Positions 49,450 through 64,000 of a stretch of DNA of 64,000 nucleotides are shown here, one piece after another. Numbering within the stretch: position 1 is the stretch's first letter; the number at the start of each line of letters is the position of its first letter. The stretch comes from Takakia lepidozioides (Eukaryota > Plantae > Bryophyta): assembly GCA_030704615.1 (NCBI GenBank), contig CM060733.1, positions 27,528,001 to 27,592,000 of the forward strand. Direction: 5' to 3'. A model generated the notes under the pieces. The model was not told the origin of the DNA, ran no database searches, and saw only the letters and a list, made by a program, of their open reading frames with translations. The position numbers and the translations under genes were made by a program.

Positions 49450-52400
49450 GCTGCAGCCACCTGTAACCGACATGCATGATTGTTGTTTGGACCATTCAAC
49501 CATCAGAATTTTTGTCAAAATTTTGTGTTATATCGGATTATAGACAACATTTTACCAATGAGCAGCAAGTGATAGTTTTGTGAGGGAATCACTATAAACT
49601 TGCTGATAATGTAATTATCATGACTTGATGGTAAGGATATAATACCCAAATTTCCGGACTGCTAAAAATGGAGAGTGGCATGCAAAGGCCAATTTGCACA
49701 TCAGAACATACCTGAAGCTGTGGGGGCACAAACCCAAAATTGACCACCTGGAATGGAATCCAGACCTTCCAATTTGCCACTACTGTCTCCAACCAGTCCT
49801 GCCCTCCACGCGAACAGCCAAAATACATGTCTCAGGCCGGAACTCTTCCCTATCACTACTTCCATACGCTACATGGTTAACTGGTTTCAACATGCTTTGA
49901 ATTGACCACCCAGTACATGCAGGCTCATTGAGACTACGAATTGATCACTAGTTTCCTGACCTCTTCGATTCACCTCACAAATGAGGTTAAGCCCTGTTCA
50001 GTTCCTCTGCATTTGGAATGTAGTGACATGTTCCGTAAGCTCACGAATTGAACATTTGGATTGATTCTAGAAGTTTTCACAGTCCAAACCAAATCCAAAC
50101 ATTAACATGTTTCGAGTCTGTGGTCCTCACTAAAATCATTACACTAAATAGAACAGCCACCTGTGTTTTTGAATTCTATTCAACAGCTGCAGCACCCTTT
50201 TCTCATTGGTCAAAGTAGGAAAAATCACTACGAAGAAACAAAAAATTCCTGTTACAGAAATTTTCCATCCAGCGTAAGCTTCATGCAACGTTGCCCCTTT
50301 GTCCTCTGCGCATATGCCTCCCGTTGCTGCCCGTGTGCGGGGGGAAGCGCTGTGTTACCTTTACATGGGACCTCTCCTGCTGTGCCAAGTTTGGGATACC
50401 TCCTTACGTTCATGACCTACAGCCTCACCTGTGTCTCAAAGACATGGTTGGGGCACAGCCAAGGATATTTCTGGCTACATCCAGCATGCCCCTTTCCCGA
50501 CACACTATGCTGCTCCATGGGAGTTTGTCATGTTTGTTATCTGGTGTCCATTGATTCATTAGAAGATCAGTGCAAAGAAAGATTTGGAAGTTCCATTACC
50601 TTCTGAAGTTTGTCAACTATGTCACCTTGCCGGCCTTCAAGGAAAAGAAGCACCACAAAGAAGCTGCCTATACCCAGAGGTGTGAATATCAGCTGCATCC
50701 CCAAAATCCCCAGATCCAAAGCTTAAGTTACTCAATTGCCTTCATCATTAGAGGGGCCAAGCTTCCAAAGTAGAACTTCATTCCTTCCAAGCTTGAATAT
50801 GCATCCCAGGACCCCTCAGTCATACACACCACCAGCTTCTGCTAAGCAAAGGCTACCGGAAAACTGCAGCAATTATAAATTCCAGACTTGGGATTGAAAC
50901 TTGTTCTATGTAACACTTTGCCTTACTGTCAACATGCTTCATTGATCATCAGGAACTGCAGACAGAAAAATTCAATCCCACAATAAAGGCAGATGAAGTG
51001 CAAAAGATGGACCTGATCTGCAGCAATGCGCATCACCAAACCACCGATGCCTGGCACGGTGATTACATTGGCTAGCACCCCATACCTGTCCTTGTCACAC
51101 ACGCACACAAACCCCCCCATCATTTCTGGTTAATCTGGCACAATAAAGGTCAAGAAAGTGTGAAACTGAACGTACTGTATTGATGACTGAAACTTTCTTT
51201 GCCCCATCAGTTAATAATACTGGGATGTCACATCAACATCATTAAATAAGGAAAATAGCTCAAATCTACAGGGGAGATTTTTATTCATACCAATAATGCA
51301 AACCAGGGCCACTCATGAACAGGCCGATGGCCAGAAAAGAGAGCAGCCGCTTCACGTCCAACGTGTCCACTCTCTCAATTCCAACCTGCAGAGCCATGGC
51401 AATCAGCAAACAATGTCCATGAACTCCCAAAACAGGCATGTCCTTCAAAAAGTGTTCGTCATAACAACTCCTACCATGATCAAAAGTGTTTAGTAAATTT
51501 TGATTTGCTCCAAGATTTAACCAAATGGTCTGTAACGTTGTGTGTTCCTGCTCAGCTATGTCCCATACACTGGCAACTCCCTTATTAGAGGAATTTGAAG
51601 CAAATGAGGTGAGTGTGCACCTAATTCTGAGTGCCTACTAGGTGCGACCTAAGTGTTCCTTGGATACATTCAAGCAAATAGTATTGAGCACCAATATGGC
51701 CTTTACCTATTTCACTTTGCCACTGAGCACTCCCATACACTGCACACCTCTAGAACAGGAAATCAAGGTATGTACCTGGCAAATGAGGTCAGCAAGGCCA
51801 TTCAAGCAGGCAGCAGTAAGGCTCTTGATCAGCAGCGGATGGCTCTCCAGAGTATCCACGTACCTGCCACTCTTGGGCCATGACCACAGTGGAAACATAA
51901 TATTTAGCCTAATGGATATATGAGTTTCATTTACACAGGAGGACAAAACTTTCTGAAGGTTGAGCTCCTTCTCCTAACCTCAGTACACCTGGGGAAATCC
52001 AATTAACAAGTAGATCAAAAGATTAAGCTTTAACTCAACATGGCAGCGCTATAGCCTTATAGCTCATCCGAGGCACGGGAGATGTGTTTGGTCCAACAGT
52101 AATTATATATATTGCAGCATAACCCCAGTAGATGCATTGATTTACCATGTTCAAAGGCTCCATCTCATGAGCAAGGAGAAAGTCCCTCCTACATCACTGC
52201 ACCTTTGGCAGAAGGCTGAAACCACAGGTTCAGGTTGTCCAACTCAGCAGTACCAAGTTCATGTGCCACCCCATATTCCCCAAACCTTCAGTTCCGACGC
52301 TAGTAAGGAGTCAAAAGGAGGCAGAAAGAAAGCGCCAACAGAGCCATACTCAGACAGTGCAGACACTGGAGCCAATGATCAATCCCCAGATGTCACATAC

Positions 52401-53188
52401 TTCGGTTCAGAAATCAACGGAGAATTTAGCACCTTCCTCACTACACCATGCTGAGGTCCAGAAAGTGTTCCAAGTATGAACGATGCCCTTGAAATGGCGT
52501 GACTAGAATGCATTTCAAATTAATTTGAAACGCAGCTCACAATCTCCAAAATTGCGGTTCCGTAGTCGGTCGCAACTTTTCTTCACAGCAGTTGCTCGTT
52601 TTGAGTCTCATTGCGCTCAAATGTGCCTTATTCCCTTAAACTGGGGATTGGACAGGTCTCAGGTGTTCACACGAAAGTCGTACGATTTGCAATGATGCAT
52701 TTGTTATTCTTTTCGCGTTTCGGGTTGATATCGAAGAACTACACTTTCTGCCTCAAAATTTACAAGGAGAAGATGATGCCCAACATCCTGAAAGCTGCAG
52801 AAACCCACCTGGCCCAAAGAGCTGCGAAGGCGCTCGCAGGTGCTATTGGGCTTTCACCTTCGAACCTCCCTTGTGAGTCGTCCCCTGCTCCACCATCTCC
52901 ACTCCTACCTCCAAATCCACCCCCACTATCGTCGTCTCCCCCAGAGGAGAGGGCTTGGGAATGGTCGACATGCCTGGCTCGAAGCAAACTAGGGAAGGAG
53001 GGGCTAAAAGATTTATTAAGCTGACGACGGCAAGGTAATCCCTGGGTGCGCTTCTCCCCAGACTGGTACTGGCTCCCAAAAGTGCACAATGGACTGAATC
53101 GAGGAGAGCTCGAGGGGCCTCCCCGCAGACCACACCCAACAGCTATGTGTACTGGAGCTCTCATCATTCTGAACTTCTGCTCAGCCAA
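49395..53188 (-). CDS. Mpv17/PMP22 family membrane protein with probable organellar transit peptide
   Basis: Gly-rich linker, then ALWAR|YVDTLESHPLLIKSLTAACLNGLADLICQ, GPGLHYW|YGVL, IAADQ|LIFTP, VVANWKVWIPFQVVNFGFVPPQLQ|VAAAGVLGMVWSIFISFKGHS*. Confidence 0.88.
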
Positions 53189-55386
53189 AATGCTTCCAGG
53201 TTATCAGCACTAAAGCAAAATATCCAGCTGCGATACCCTCAGCATTTCGGTAGAGCCTGCTTGTTTCTACACGACACTGATCACAACCTTCTATCAGTTC
53301 TGTGAATGTGGGCAGCACATTCTTCGACGAGGTTACGAGCACGGACGATTGTATAGCATGCACAAGCTTTGTCTACCACCTCATCTTCCGCAAAAATCTC
53401 AAATTTGCCATGGAAGCAGCCAACCGCAGGCTCCATGTTCGTAGAGGTAGATGTCAACAGATGTTTTGAGCCCACCCACACTCCACCTAACGTGTCGAAG
53501 CAACACACGTGGCCACAGACTCTCCTAAATATACTCTTGCATCAGAAAACTTCTCCTTATTACTACTCTATCCCAACTTAGCCATGGTTAGCTACTCATT
53601 CATGCCCCGGGAGCTTCACTGGATGGAATTTAGAGTGTTCAGGTTCGTTGGAAAGCCAACGAGCAGGACAACCCGGTGGACCAAGAATCTCCGCGATTGA
53701 TAGAGGTATGAGAAAGTTGCAGCTGTGCAATCCCGGGGGGGGGGGGTCAAATTTGTGCTGGCCAAGCTTCATGGCACTGTAACACGTCTTTCATCGGTGT
53801 TTGTCGGTCATCTTCCGACGAAATACATTTTAAATTTAAGACAAGTAATAATATTAATGCCCGACCTTGGATTCCACGTCACTGGACAAAAACGAGGTAG
53901 GAAAAAAAGAAAACAAAAAAAAAGAAAACGTTGGTAGGGTCTACCCGAAGGGGCAGTTCGGGCAGAAGAAAACTTTGTCGATTGCTTAAGCAGCCCTTCA
54001 AAATTACTCTCCGGGCAGCCCAAAGCTTGCCCCTCCCTGGGAACCAGAAAACTCACTAGGGGAACATCACGGGAACCGTAAGGATAGGGAACGAGGGGAG
54101 CACGGGATGTCCAGGCAGAGAACAAGGAGAACACGACTCTAGATCGGGACGTAAATAACATGGGAACGCAGCGTGAATAACATGGAGGACAGTCCATGGG
54201 AACCACAATGCGGACCTTTAGATTATTTTCCGACTAGACGGTTAGGGCTGGATGAGATTATAGATAGATCTGGACCGTTAAACAAATTTAATCTAACGCC
54301 TATAGAGGTCGTAGAACATTATAAAATCTGACGGTGAAGAAAAAGCCACGTGGAAGATCGGACCAGTGAGTGCCTCTGCTCTTCGCTTCCGTGGGGATCC
54401 TCGCATTTTCGTTGGGCTCGTTGCGATTCCTGCTCGCGAATCTGCGGGTAGCAGGTCAATCGTTGCTCTTTTCTGTGGGAAATTCGGCTTCTCTTCCGAT
54501 CGGTGGTGCTGTATGCCTTCCAGAGAGTCTCGGAAACCCTTTGTTCGGTTGCTGTTGTTGTGGTTGCGTGTGAATCCCTATTTTGTTCCTACTTAACCGC
54601 ATTTGGCTTGGATCCAATCGCGTTCCTTATCTGTGAAAACAGAAGAGGAGAATTTTGTAACCGTAGCTGTGGTCCCTGTCGTACGGATGCCGTCCTGGCG
54701 CGTATTTGAGTGCCAGTTATATCTGTTTCAAACCCTTGGTTTCTGATAGAGGGTGGTTTGAGCATTGCACGGAAGGAATAATCGTCTTCCAATTTGGTCA
54801 CCGTTGGTAATTTGCACTGTGAAGTTTTTTCTGTGAAGATCCATAGGCGAGGTGTTTTGCATTAAGATCATCACCTACATCCACCTCAATTTTCCTTCCC
54901 TTGACTTTGATATCTTTCTGGGAGCCTGCAGCGTGATAAGGTGCTTGGTTTTGGTTTGCCATCGACATTTTGTACATGCGGTTTATCAGCCCTAGATCCC
55001 TCGTCGAAGTGGTCTGACTGAGAAGGATCTATGAACTCGGTTTCGAAAACTAGTTTTTGATTCTTTTCAAGCAATGTGGGGCAGCCAGCCAGCGGAATCT
55101 CCAGGCCTTTGACATTCACTCTCGTAGCTCGCAAATGGGTTTCAGCTTAAGGTATTTGGTCTACAAAAAAGAAGCTTTCCTAAAAGGCGTAGAAGTTTCT
55201 CCCGAGAGAGTCTGCTTTACCAGCTTCCGTTTCGCTCGCGCCTTCGGCTTGCTGATTAGCTCGGAGACAGACAAACAAACACTTGGTCTGTGCATTGCTT
55301 CTAGATGTTGACCAGGTTTACTATCTCTCTTAAACGAGAAGATTTGTGTGAAGGAGAAGTAAGCTGGGAACGTTAAGGCGTATAGC

Positions 55387-58300
55387 ATGTTCATAAGGAC
55401 GTACCAGCGGCGGAATCGGAGCGGGCGCAGCCTGTCCGATAGCGGTTTTACATTGGGAGACGGCGTTGGAAGCTCGAACTCCCAAGATTCGCCCTGGAGC
55501 AGTTCTCAGGAGACTTTCCCTTCCTCCTTACCCTCATCGCAGGTACTGTGTTCCTCAACTCTCTCTGTCTCTCCCTCTGTCTCAGTCTCAGCGTTCAGAC
55601 ACTGGCGATGGCTGAAGTCTGCCCAGGATAATTCTGCACAGATGGAGGCTTACTTTGGAGGCAAGGTCATCTAGATTGGGAAGAGGATTTATTACTTTCC
55701 TACTTTTTCTGTAAATGTTCTCATGGAATGAAGCATGCATGCAGGAATCTTGCTGGTGGCAAGGGGACCATGGAAACACTTTTCTGGTGGCCTCTCGTCC
55801 ATCTGACAGCTTTGCAAAGCAATCAAATGGGAATAAATATCAGGACGATGGTCGCATGGCTAAGTTCTCTAGGCAACCACCTTCCTCGTGGGCCTACAAT
55901 GAGACTGAAGTAGTGCAGAGTTCAATCACAACATGTGATGCCAAGAAGAGGTTCACTCAGGACTTAGATGGCAAGGGCTTAGTGGAGAGCTTTGTGGTCA
56001 ATGGTGATTTCACATCCTCTGGGAGATGCAAGGAGTCTGGATGGGTTGGGAGATTGACCTCAACAAGTGTTTGGGAACCGACCACTCCTGCTACTTCAAC
56101 TTTAATGGAGGCACAAGAATCAGGAGAGATGATGGAGCAAATGGATGAAGCCAACTTTGCCATGGATGGTCTCAAGCCTGAGCAGCCTCTACGAGTGCAG
56201 CGCGCAAGCCTTCAGTCTCTCCTGTGTCTCTGTGGTTCAATGCAGCGGAGACGGTTTTTAAGGACACATGGGTACGTATTCAGCTTCATCATTTCTTTTC
56301 ACTTGAGTGCAAATCGGTTTTTAGCTCATATGGGATGCTCCATGTCTAAATGTAATGATGAAATTGAGCACATAAAACTTTTGAAGTAATCAGTGGAGGG
56401 GACTTTCAATGCAAGGTCAGGTCATTGGCATTATGTGTTGATTTGTCTCGTTCCGTCCTACTTCTGATTCTCAGCAATATGCTGTCAGAAACATGCTCCC
56501 AGGGCGTCATTCATGGCTGGAAATTGGCTTGCCCAGCCAGCCACATACACGGGGCTCACTAGCAGCAGTCAATATCCTCTCTGTGTTTGAAGCTGAAATA
56601 CAAGTCCACACATCATACTACTTTAGATTGACACAAGAGTCCAAAATTCTGAGGGGCTACACGCACATTTATCGTCAGTGGTGCCCAGGGTGGAAAAATT
56701 ATAGAGTTTGGTCAAAGATGTAAGGTACTGAAGTTTTGTGGTCATTGCGAGAATTTGTATATCTGTCTCAATGTTCAGGGTACTTATGGTGTCCTTGTCT
56801 GCTTTTCTGTAAATGACAGATTGGCAAAGCCTTTCCTAGATGCAGTGGTATCCCTCCCAACAGACGATCCTCCCTTGGCTTTGGCAGCGGCTGCTGTGCT
56901 ATATTTTCTTGCAAGCGATGTAAGCTTTTGACATCTCAATTGTTAAGGTAGCTGAAGTGAAATATGTAATTATACTTCAACAAGAAAGTTAGCCCTACAT
57001 TATGTCAAACTAAATAGTCATGCATGAATGCTTGCCCTGGTTATGTGTGACAATACTCCCCTACGTTTGGTCGTGTTCAACTAAGTCTTAGATTCATGCC
57101 ATTCTTCCTTGATTGCAGGGCCAAAATGAGGACCTCTTCGACTCTGTGGAATGTGTGCGTTTTCTGATGAGACTGCTAGGCCCCTGTCTTTCTCAGCCAG
57201 CCAAAAAGAGCTTGCTGAGTGTAGGCAGCAAGCTGGCAGGGCTGGGAGCGAAGGTGAAGACTGGGACAGCTGGCTTGGCAGGGCTTGATCGTGGAGGGGC
57301 AGCAGTGGTGGCCAAAGTTCATCAACTGTTTGCAAGGGAAGGCCATTACCATGGGGGGGTTGGCAATCAGGAAGATTGGAGTGGATATGCATTGGGTCAA
57401 GAGGTGACCTCCAAGTGGCTGGCATTGCTAACCCTTGAGAAGGCGTGTATTTCTACTGTCGTTCTTGAAGGTAAGATTGCATCATATTTTGTGATATCTG
57501 GATGTTTCCTTCACTGGGAAAGTGGCCTATTTACATGTGACAACGTCATACAGTCTATAATGCAGTTGTAGCAACCTTATTAGCTTCCGCTTTTTGGTCT
57601 TTCTCTACCTGTGAGTACGTGCACACAACTGCCTCACACAGTGAGTATCCTGTGAAGTATGCTTTTGCTATTTTGAACTGGTAAGCTAGACGATGAGAGA
57701 AGATTTGACTCCTCACAGCTGGCTCTGTAGACATTAATTGATCAGGAACATTCTGGTCAAGTTTTGGATCAACGAGTTACATGCTGTCATCATAGAACTA
57801 TTAAGTGATCAGCTCACAGAAGGCTCTATAAGCACAAGACATTGCAAGTGACATGTGTCATGTGCGTGTCATCTACCTACTTGGTAGTCATAAGGTACGG
57901 ATACACACACAAAGAGATGGACTGAAGTTCCATGACATTTTCCACAGACAATTCTGGGGCTGTAAGGAAAGTGGGGGGCTGCTTCAAGGAAAGGCTTCGA
58001 GAGCTTGGAGGTCTAGATGCAATTTGTGACCTTGCTGCTGGTTGCGTGCTCAATTTACGGGTATGTGGCTGCTGGTTGTGCTCATTCTTTGGTCTAAGAG
58101 CAGTTACTGTGATCACACACTTTAGACATTCTCTTTTCCTTACAAACCTTTCCGTTATTGTAAACTTGATGTGTCTATTTTTCTCTCTTTTGATTTGTTG
58201 AATGCAAAAGAATTGTGGAGGAAGAATAAGAGCATTCACACAGTAGTCTAAATTTTTTGTGTCCATACACATTGCCTTTTGATGGAAATGATTAGGAGGG

Positions 58301-61300
58301 TAGAGGGTAGAAGGAAGGGGCTGGGAGCTTGAAAGTAAGCATATTTTCGCATGGCAGGAGGCACTTGAGGCCGAAGATGGGGCCCTCAAAAACTGTGAAA
58401 AGATTGGAGGAGTGGATATGCTACTGAGGTGCCTGCGTGTGATGGAGAATGTTACTTTCCTCAGTGAGCAGAATCAGGTCAGGTGACGTTGAATGGCTTG
58501 CCATTGGGGTGCCTGCGTGTATAGATTCATCGAGGAATGAAGGGAGCTTCTGTTTGGTGAAGATTGTATTTCATTTCCAGAATCTAAATTGTGGTTTACT
58601 AACTGAAATTTATTCTTGTGCATCTTTTGATTGGGCTTCACAGACACATTTGTTAGAGTTGAGGTTGCCAAGAGGGAAGAAGGATGCACCAAATTCCTTC
58701 ATTGGTCTTGTCATCAACTCTATCAAGATTCTTTCTGGTAAGCCAGAATCCACTGTGTGGGGGATGCTTAAGAAACAGCTAGGCCAAGCGTAGGTGTTAT
58801 AGTAGGCTATATTTGTCCGATCCAAATGTCTCACCCCCTGCTTTTAGCTCTGATAAGGATGTAGGTGGTTATCTTTTGCGACCTCAGTAACTTTGGTGCC
58901 TTAGATTGAGAAATGTTTGCTGTCTCAACAGAGCTTGGTCACCATCTCAAGGAGAGGAGAGATGTTCACGGAAAGCGGAACAGTGAGGTCTGCAGTGTCC
59001 AGGACTGCGAAGGGCCCACAAAGACTAAATTGGTAGTCAAATCTACAACTGCAGGCTTAAAAGGTAAGATTTTGGCTTGAATCATGAAAGAAGTTGAACA
59101 ATTCGAAGTCCATTCACTTGATTGTCATAAACACATTGCTTTATACTTAAAGAAGAAGAAAAAGGTTGACTCCTGCTAAAGCAAGCGGACCTTATGGTGT
59201 CACTTCACCCCAAAGGGCTACTGCCTTCCGTTTGGAAGGTGGACACCTGGTGGCCGTGACCAGGGTGACCGGGGCTGGTTGCCGAAACCTCGACTGGAGT
59301 CAAAAGTCCCTAGGTACCCAGTACCCACACATTAGGTGTCCGGTTGACCTAGCGACCCCCCTTTTACAGTTGGGTTGGCTATAATGGGGACATCGACATA
59401 CACCTATGTGGCTTTGAACCCACAACCTCTTGTAAGGTGGCCTTGTGCCTAATCACTGGGCCATTTCTGGGATGCTTTTTTATACTTGTAAATTAGTCAC
59501 CTGAGACTCATGGGGCCCAAAGGATCGCTTGTCTGTGACTGTGAGGAGAATTCTTTTGGATACCAATGCCTTTCACAAGTCAGAAGTTCTGGTGTGGTTA
59601 CAATTTTGCACGTCATGGTGTGTTAGTTGGACTCTTTTCTGTGATCCTGAGGAGGCCTAAGCTTTTGATGTAGATTGTTCATAAACTTGAAGGGTAACTT
59701 GTAGTTGGCAAAGAGTTTGCTCTTTGCTGAGGATGATGTCTCTACATGTTTCATCTGTCTTGTTGAATGTACTTGCCAAAAGAAACAGATTTTTGTGATC
59801 TGTTTCCCTTGGAGACTTATGCCTCAATTCCTGTTTGACACTTGCATGGTTGAGAAAGGCAAAAGCTGCAGGATTGTGTAATGATATCTTTGGTGCCCTC
59901 CTCATTTGAACAGAATATCCATTGTTGCAAATCTCACCAGATCGCCTCGTAGCCAGGCATGCCTTATCTTGGTGGGCTCATTTGATTTTGTTTTGCTGGT
60001 GTAGAAGTCAGTAAAAAGGACCTTTCCATCAAAAGTGCAACCTTTGGAGAGTCTTTCTACCAGCGGAAAAAGATGGTGAAACTGTCTTCATTACGGGACA
60101 TTGCTTCTGTGAGCAGTGGTATTTTCAAGAGGAGTCCGAGTAAATCCCTTTCGCAGCTCAAGCCACAGGATGACTTTGGTGAATCACAATGCAGTGCTCC
60201 ATTCAATCACAACAGTGGGCACAGGGATGGTAAACTGCTCGTGAAGGAAAAGTTGGTGACTGCAAGACCAGGCACCAAGAAACTGCTGATATCAGGGCCT
60301 TCATGGTTAAGTAAACATGACCTGAGCCCCAAAGCAGCTTCTCTTTTGAAGAGGAAGGGAATTGCCGCTAATGAGGATTCGCAGGACCCCTTTGCATTTG
60401 ATGATGTTGATCTCACTCCTGATTTTGACAAGCCCAACAAAAAGAAACCAAGGAAAGTGAAGAAGCTGGTGCAGGTTGAGGAATCCATTGATTCTGCCAG
60501 GGTTGGTGGGTGTAGAGGAGAGATCCCTACTGCTGAAGCTCCAAACGAGGATCTGGTAGAGGCCACAATCAGCATGGAAGGGCATGAGGAGCATGGCCCA
60601 CAGGCGACTTTGTTTGCAGAATGCCTTCTATCAGCTGTCAAGGTGTGGTTCACTAAATCTTTCGGCTCTCTCGCATTTTATGTCTGTCTGGGTCTCTGTG
60701 TCTTCTTTCAACCTTAACAGAAGGGCATGGCTGGTATGTGTCAGTCTCACTTTCATAAACGGTTGGCATTAGTGGTCATAATAAAACTATTGTTGCCAGT
60801 TAATACACAGGACTGTCACTTGACGTCAAAGGGCTGCTGATGGGAAGGTGGACACCTTTATGACATCAAACACACTTATGTGGTTTTGAACCTACAACCA
60901 CTAGTGCATGTTCAACTCATCTGGATTCTTGCTAATTGGTGGTGGAGACCAATCTGCCACTCACTGGAGAAGCCCTTATAGTGAAAGTACTATATCTCCT
61001 ACTGTTCACAAGCAGAATAAGAGCTTTCTGTAATCTTTCAGGTAGATGTTGGTAATATTGTATAAGTTTTCAAGGACTCTACGTTTTTGCTGCTTTTAGT
61101 TTTGTAAAGTCGCCGCAGAGTGAGTGAGAAATTGGTCTTCTGGAATGACAACAATACGTCCTCACTATGTTGTGGACTTTCCCTTCTCAGTGGTAGTCCA
61201 AACCAAATTTGCATTGTGATCATGATTACTGTTGTGGAATATCATTAATCAGTGCATTGCGTGCTGTAGCTAAATTACTTTAGGTACGGAGCAATAGGTT

Positions 61301-63761
61301 TTTTAGCTTTCTTAAATAGAAGGAATATTGCCTGAAGGTCAAGCTGGCTTTGTTTCATTATGCTGTCTTCTGGGAGTCAGGTGCCTGCTGATGGGGGAAG
61401 TGTTTGGGGGTTGGACTGGGGTTGTCACATCAGGTGCTCATGAATCTCACGAATGACAACCCAGTTGGGTGTCGCCAAGTGGCAACATGTGGTGGCCTTG
61501 ATTCAATGGCTTCGCTACTAGTTGCACACTTCCCCAATTTGCAGTCAGGCTCCCCATTGTTTCTGACTAAAGATGGGAAAGAGAAGATCTCACAAGGTCT
61601 CCAGCAGCATGGAACAACTGCAAGGCTGAAAGAGAAAGGGGGCCACGCAGACCATGACCTGGATTTGTTGGTGGTGGCTTTAGGGGTCCTGTGCAACCTT
61701 GTGGAGAAGGATGAGGGTAACAGGTATCTGGTCATAATATTTTCACATTCATTCAGTTTGATAGAGTCAATAGCAAGTGAAGGAGATGGCTCTATTGAGA
61801 AATTCTCTCAATTTCGTGCTGTGTGCTGATTATATTGTAATGCAGAGCGCGCCTGGCGATATTGGAGGTGGAGTTACCTCCACACATTGCTGCCAAAGAA
61901 GGGGGAGTTTGGCGTGACAGGGGCATGATTGCATTGCTGTGCGCGTTGTTTCTAAGCAAGCAAGGTGCTGGAGAGGTGGCGGAAGCCAATGAAGAGAGGA
62001 TGGCTATGGAGGTAATTTTTTTTCCCTCCCTCAGTGATGGTTTCTTGAGTTTGTATTGATTAGTTTGAAAATTCTGTTTTACAGATGACTTGGGGTCTGT
62101 GCTTCTGTGGAGCTCTTCAGCCCTGTTTTCGCAGATGGTCATGGTGATGAATTCCTGCTATTAAAGGCAGCTGTTCTTGAACACTTCAAGTTAGAGAGAG
62201 GAGTGAGGATTGGATAGTGAAAGAGTCCGGGAAAGTGTGCTATCCCGTACTGTTGGATATGGAACAGAAAGACAGATCTCTGAGAAAAGATGTGGGTGTG
62301 GAAGCACGGGGGTGCAATCATAATGATGAGACCAAGTAAGCTGTTCAGAGTACTTGACAGCATTGTGCGTCTGGTGTGTTCAGATGGATGTCGAAGCAAA
62401 TGTCAAGCAAGGGGAGCGTGAAGCTGAGGATATGATTGTGGAGGCATATGCCGCATTGTTGCTTGCCTTCCTCTCCAGAGAAAGGTAGAGTGGGTTTCTT
62501 TTGACCTTTTTGACCCTATATCTACTGAAAAGGTCGATATGGTGAGAGCAACACATCACTGATTAATGGAGAATTAGGAGGTTCTTTATCACCATTGGTG
62601 CACCACTTTGTTATCGCTCTGTTGTTGGGGTGGGTTTGGTAGTATATCCATTCTGCCAGGATGCAGCCCACAAGCTTGGATGCACAGATACACCTACAGA
62701 CATCAAGCAGGTTGATTGAATTCCATACCAAAATGTAAGGAAGCCAGGAGATTACGAAAACAAATGGACAAATCTGAATACGTCAGAGAGGAGAACAGAT
62801 TTTACTGTTGAACCATTAATAACCCTCAACCTGCCTGTCTATTTTACGTCAGGCAGGCATGCAACTAGCCATGCATAGGGTATTTGTCATCACAAGTTCC
62901 TAGTTCAGTCACCAGAAGCAGAATACAACATTCATAAGCTTACAATGGATAATGATTACCTTGCAGTTACTTCTCCAAAGCCATCATTGCGCCAGCCCCA
63001 TTTCTTTCTCCATCATACTGATGACTTCCTGCACCTGGAGCATAGAAATGAAGGAAGATAAACTGCATGGATAGGCAGAGTGATGCAGTTTCCATTTGGG
63101 ACCACAATTTAATTGGCTTTCTTTGCTTACAGCAGACATGAACCTGTGTTCAAAGGAGAGGGCCCCTGAGCCATGTAGGGAATATGAACAAGGAATTAGA
63201 ACAGGGGCAGTGCAAGGGATGATGATACGGCTTCCTGCCACCCTTCTTGGGGTATCCAGCATTTGATGTAGTCTGGCTTGGTGTGTTGCAGTGACAGGGC
63301 ACTCCTGGCTATCGCAGAACTTTTACCAGGGGATGATTTGACAGTGCTGGTGCCTGTGCTTGAGCGTTTCCTGGTGTGTTTACTCTCTCCTGTGCTTCCG
63401 GTTACCTCTTTTAATTAGATTTATGTCAAGTAGTAAGGTTATATGCCTTTTCTGCTTGCGTGGTAGGATTTCCCTTTCTCTTTTTTGGACAAGATCTCCC
63501 TTTCTCATGTGAATTGGAACTTGTTTTCAACCTGAGAGATTTAGTAATGTCGCCAGTGACGGTTAGTTCTGTATGGTGAATGCCAGTATGGTGGGGCTTC
63601 ACTAGGTTTGGAGCCATGACTTGTTACTAAACATGACCACTGGTGTGTTGCAGGCATTCCACTTATCTTTGAACATGCTTTCTGCAGAGACGCATGCAGC
63701 AGTCACAGATGTGGTCAATTCTTGCAGGCAACCATTGCCAGTCATACCTTCACCTAGTTGA
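55387..63761 (+). CDS. WAPL: Wings apart-like cohesin release factor, multi-exon
   Basis: MFIRTYQRR, TSTLMEAQESGEMMEQMDE, EDSQDPFAFD, VLMNLTNDNPVGC, LGVLCNLVEKD, GEREAEDMIVEAYAALLLAFLS, LVPVLERF..FHLSLNML. Confidence 0.92.
59195..59465 (-). repeat. Intronic SINE-like repeat (tRNA-type head); an internally deleted second copy lies at ~60812-60900
   Basis: Minus-strand TGGCCCAGTGA and GGTTCAAAGCC boxes. TGTCACTT..CAAAGGGCT, GGAAGGTGGACACC and TATGTGG.TTTGAACC.ACAACC recur at 60812-60900. Confidence 0.55.
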
Positions 63762-64000
63762 TGGTCTTTTTGGTCTCTTCATTGTTTGTGGTTAAGACCA
63801 CATCTGATACACCATTACTAGCCAATGTGCATGAGTGCATGGTGCTCTGCACATTTGTACAGATTAGTAGGAGCTTTCTTTCAATCCCCTATGTTCCTCA
63901 TTCAGTCCCATAGCAAATAGTACAAGGTTTCTTTCAGTACGGCTATCTTCCCCATTCGGTCCAATACCTTTGTCAGCACCAATGTGCTTACTTGGTTGAG

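Noticed and set aside
54030-54210. Cluster of GGGAAC motifs between Mpv17 and WAPL
   Set aside because: Irregular spacing and no TIR or TSD identified; cannot be supported as an array or transposon.

Overview
Nuclear DNA of a non-seed land plant, most likely a moss (moss-style PLS-DYW PPR gene, delta-tubulin, GT-AG introns). Bases 1-21,100 are a nest of retroelements; 21,500-64,000 is an ordinary gene-rich block (IBR5-like phosphatase, HY5-like bZIP, bHLH-ACT, PPR-DYW, SLD5, delta-tubulin, Mpv17/PMP22, WAPL). The standout is a 12-kb Ty3/gypsy-type element (8342-20409). (i) Its single-frame polyprotein carries a DNMT3-like C5 cytosine methyltransferase between protease and RT, and a PHD finger at the integrase C-terminus. 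(ii) It has no ordinary LTR pair; instead it has split direct repeats A-[internal]-B-A-B, yet it encodes a DDE integrase, ends in TGTC...GACA and has a 4-bp TSD. This is the layout expected if a two-LTR circle is opened at an internal GACA-GC-TGTC palindrome. (iii) It lacks a tRNA PBS and has a 15-nt site complementary to its own repeat, suggesting self-priming. (iv) It carries a captured ADP/ATP-carrier fragment. A diverged solo A-B unit at 4368-4873 suggests the terminal layout is a family trait. Both copies sit next to relics of a non-LTR element with RNase H plus restriction-like endonuclease (RandI/Dualen-like) that has a conserved structured 3' end.
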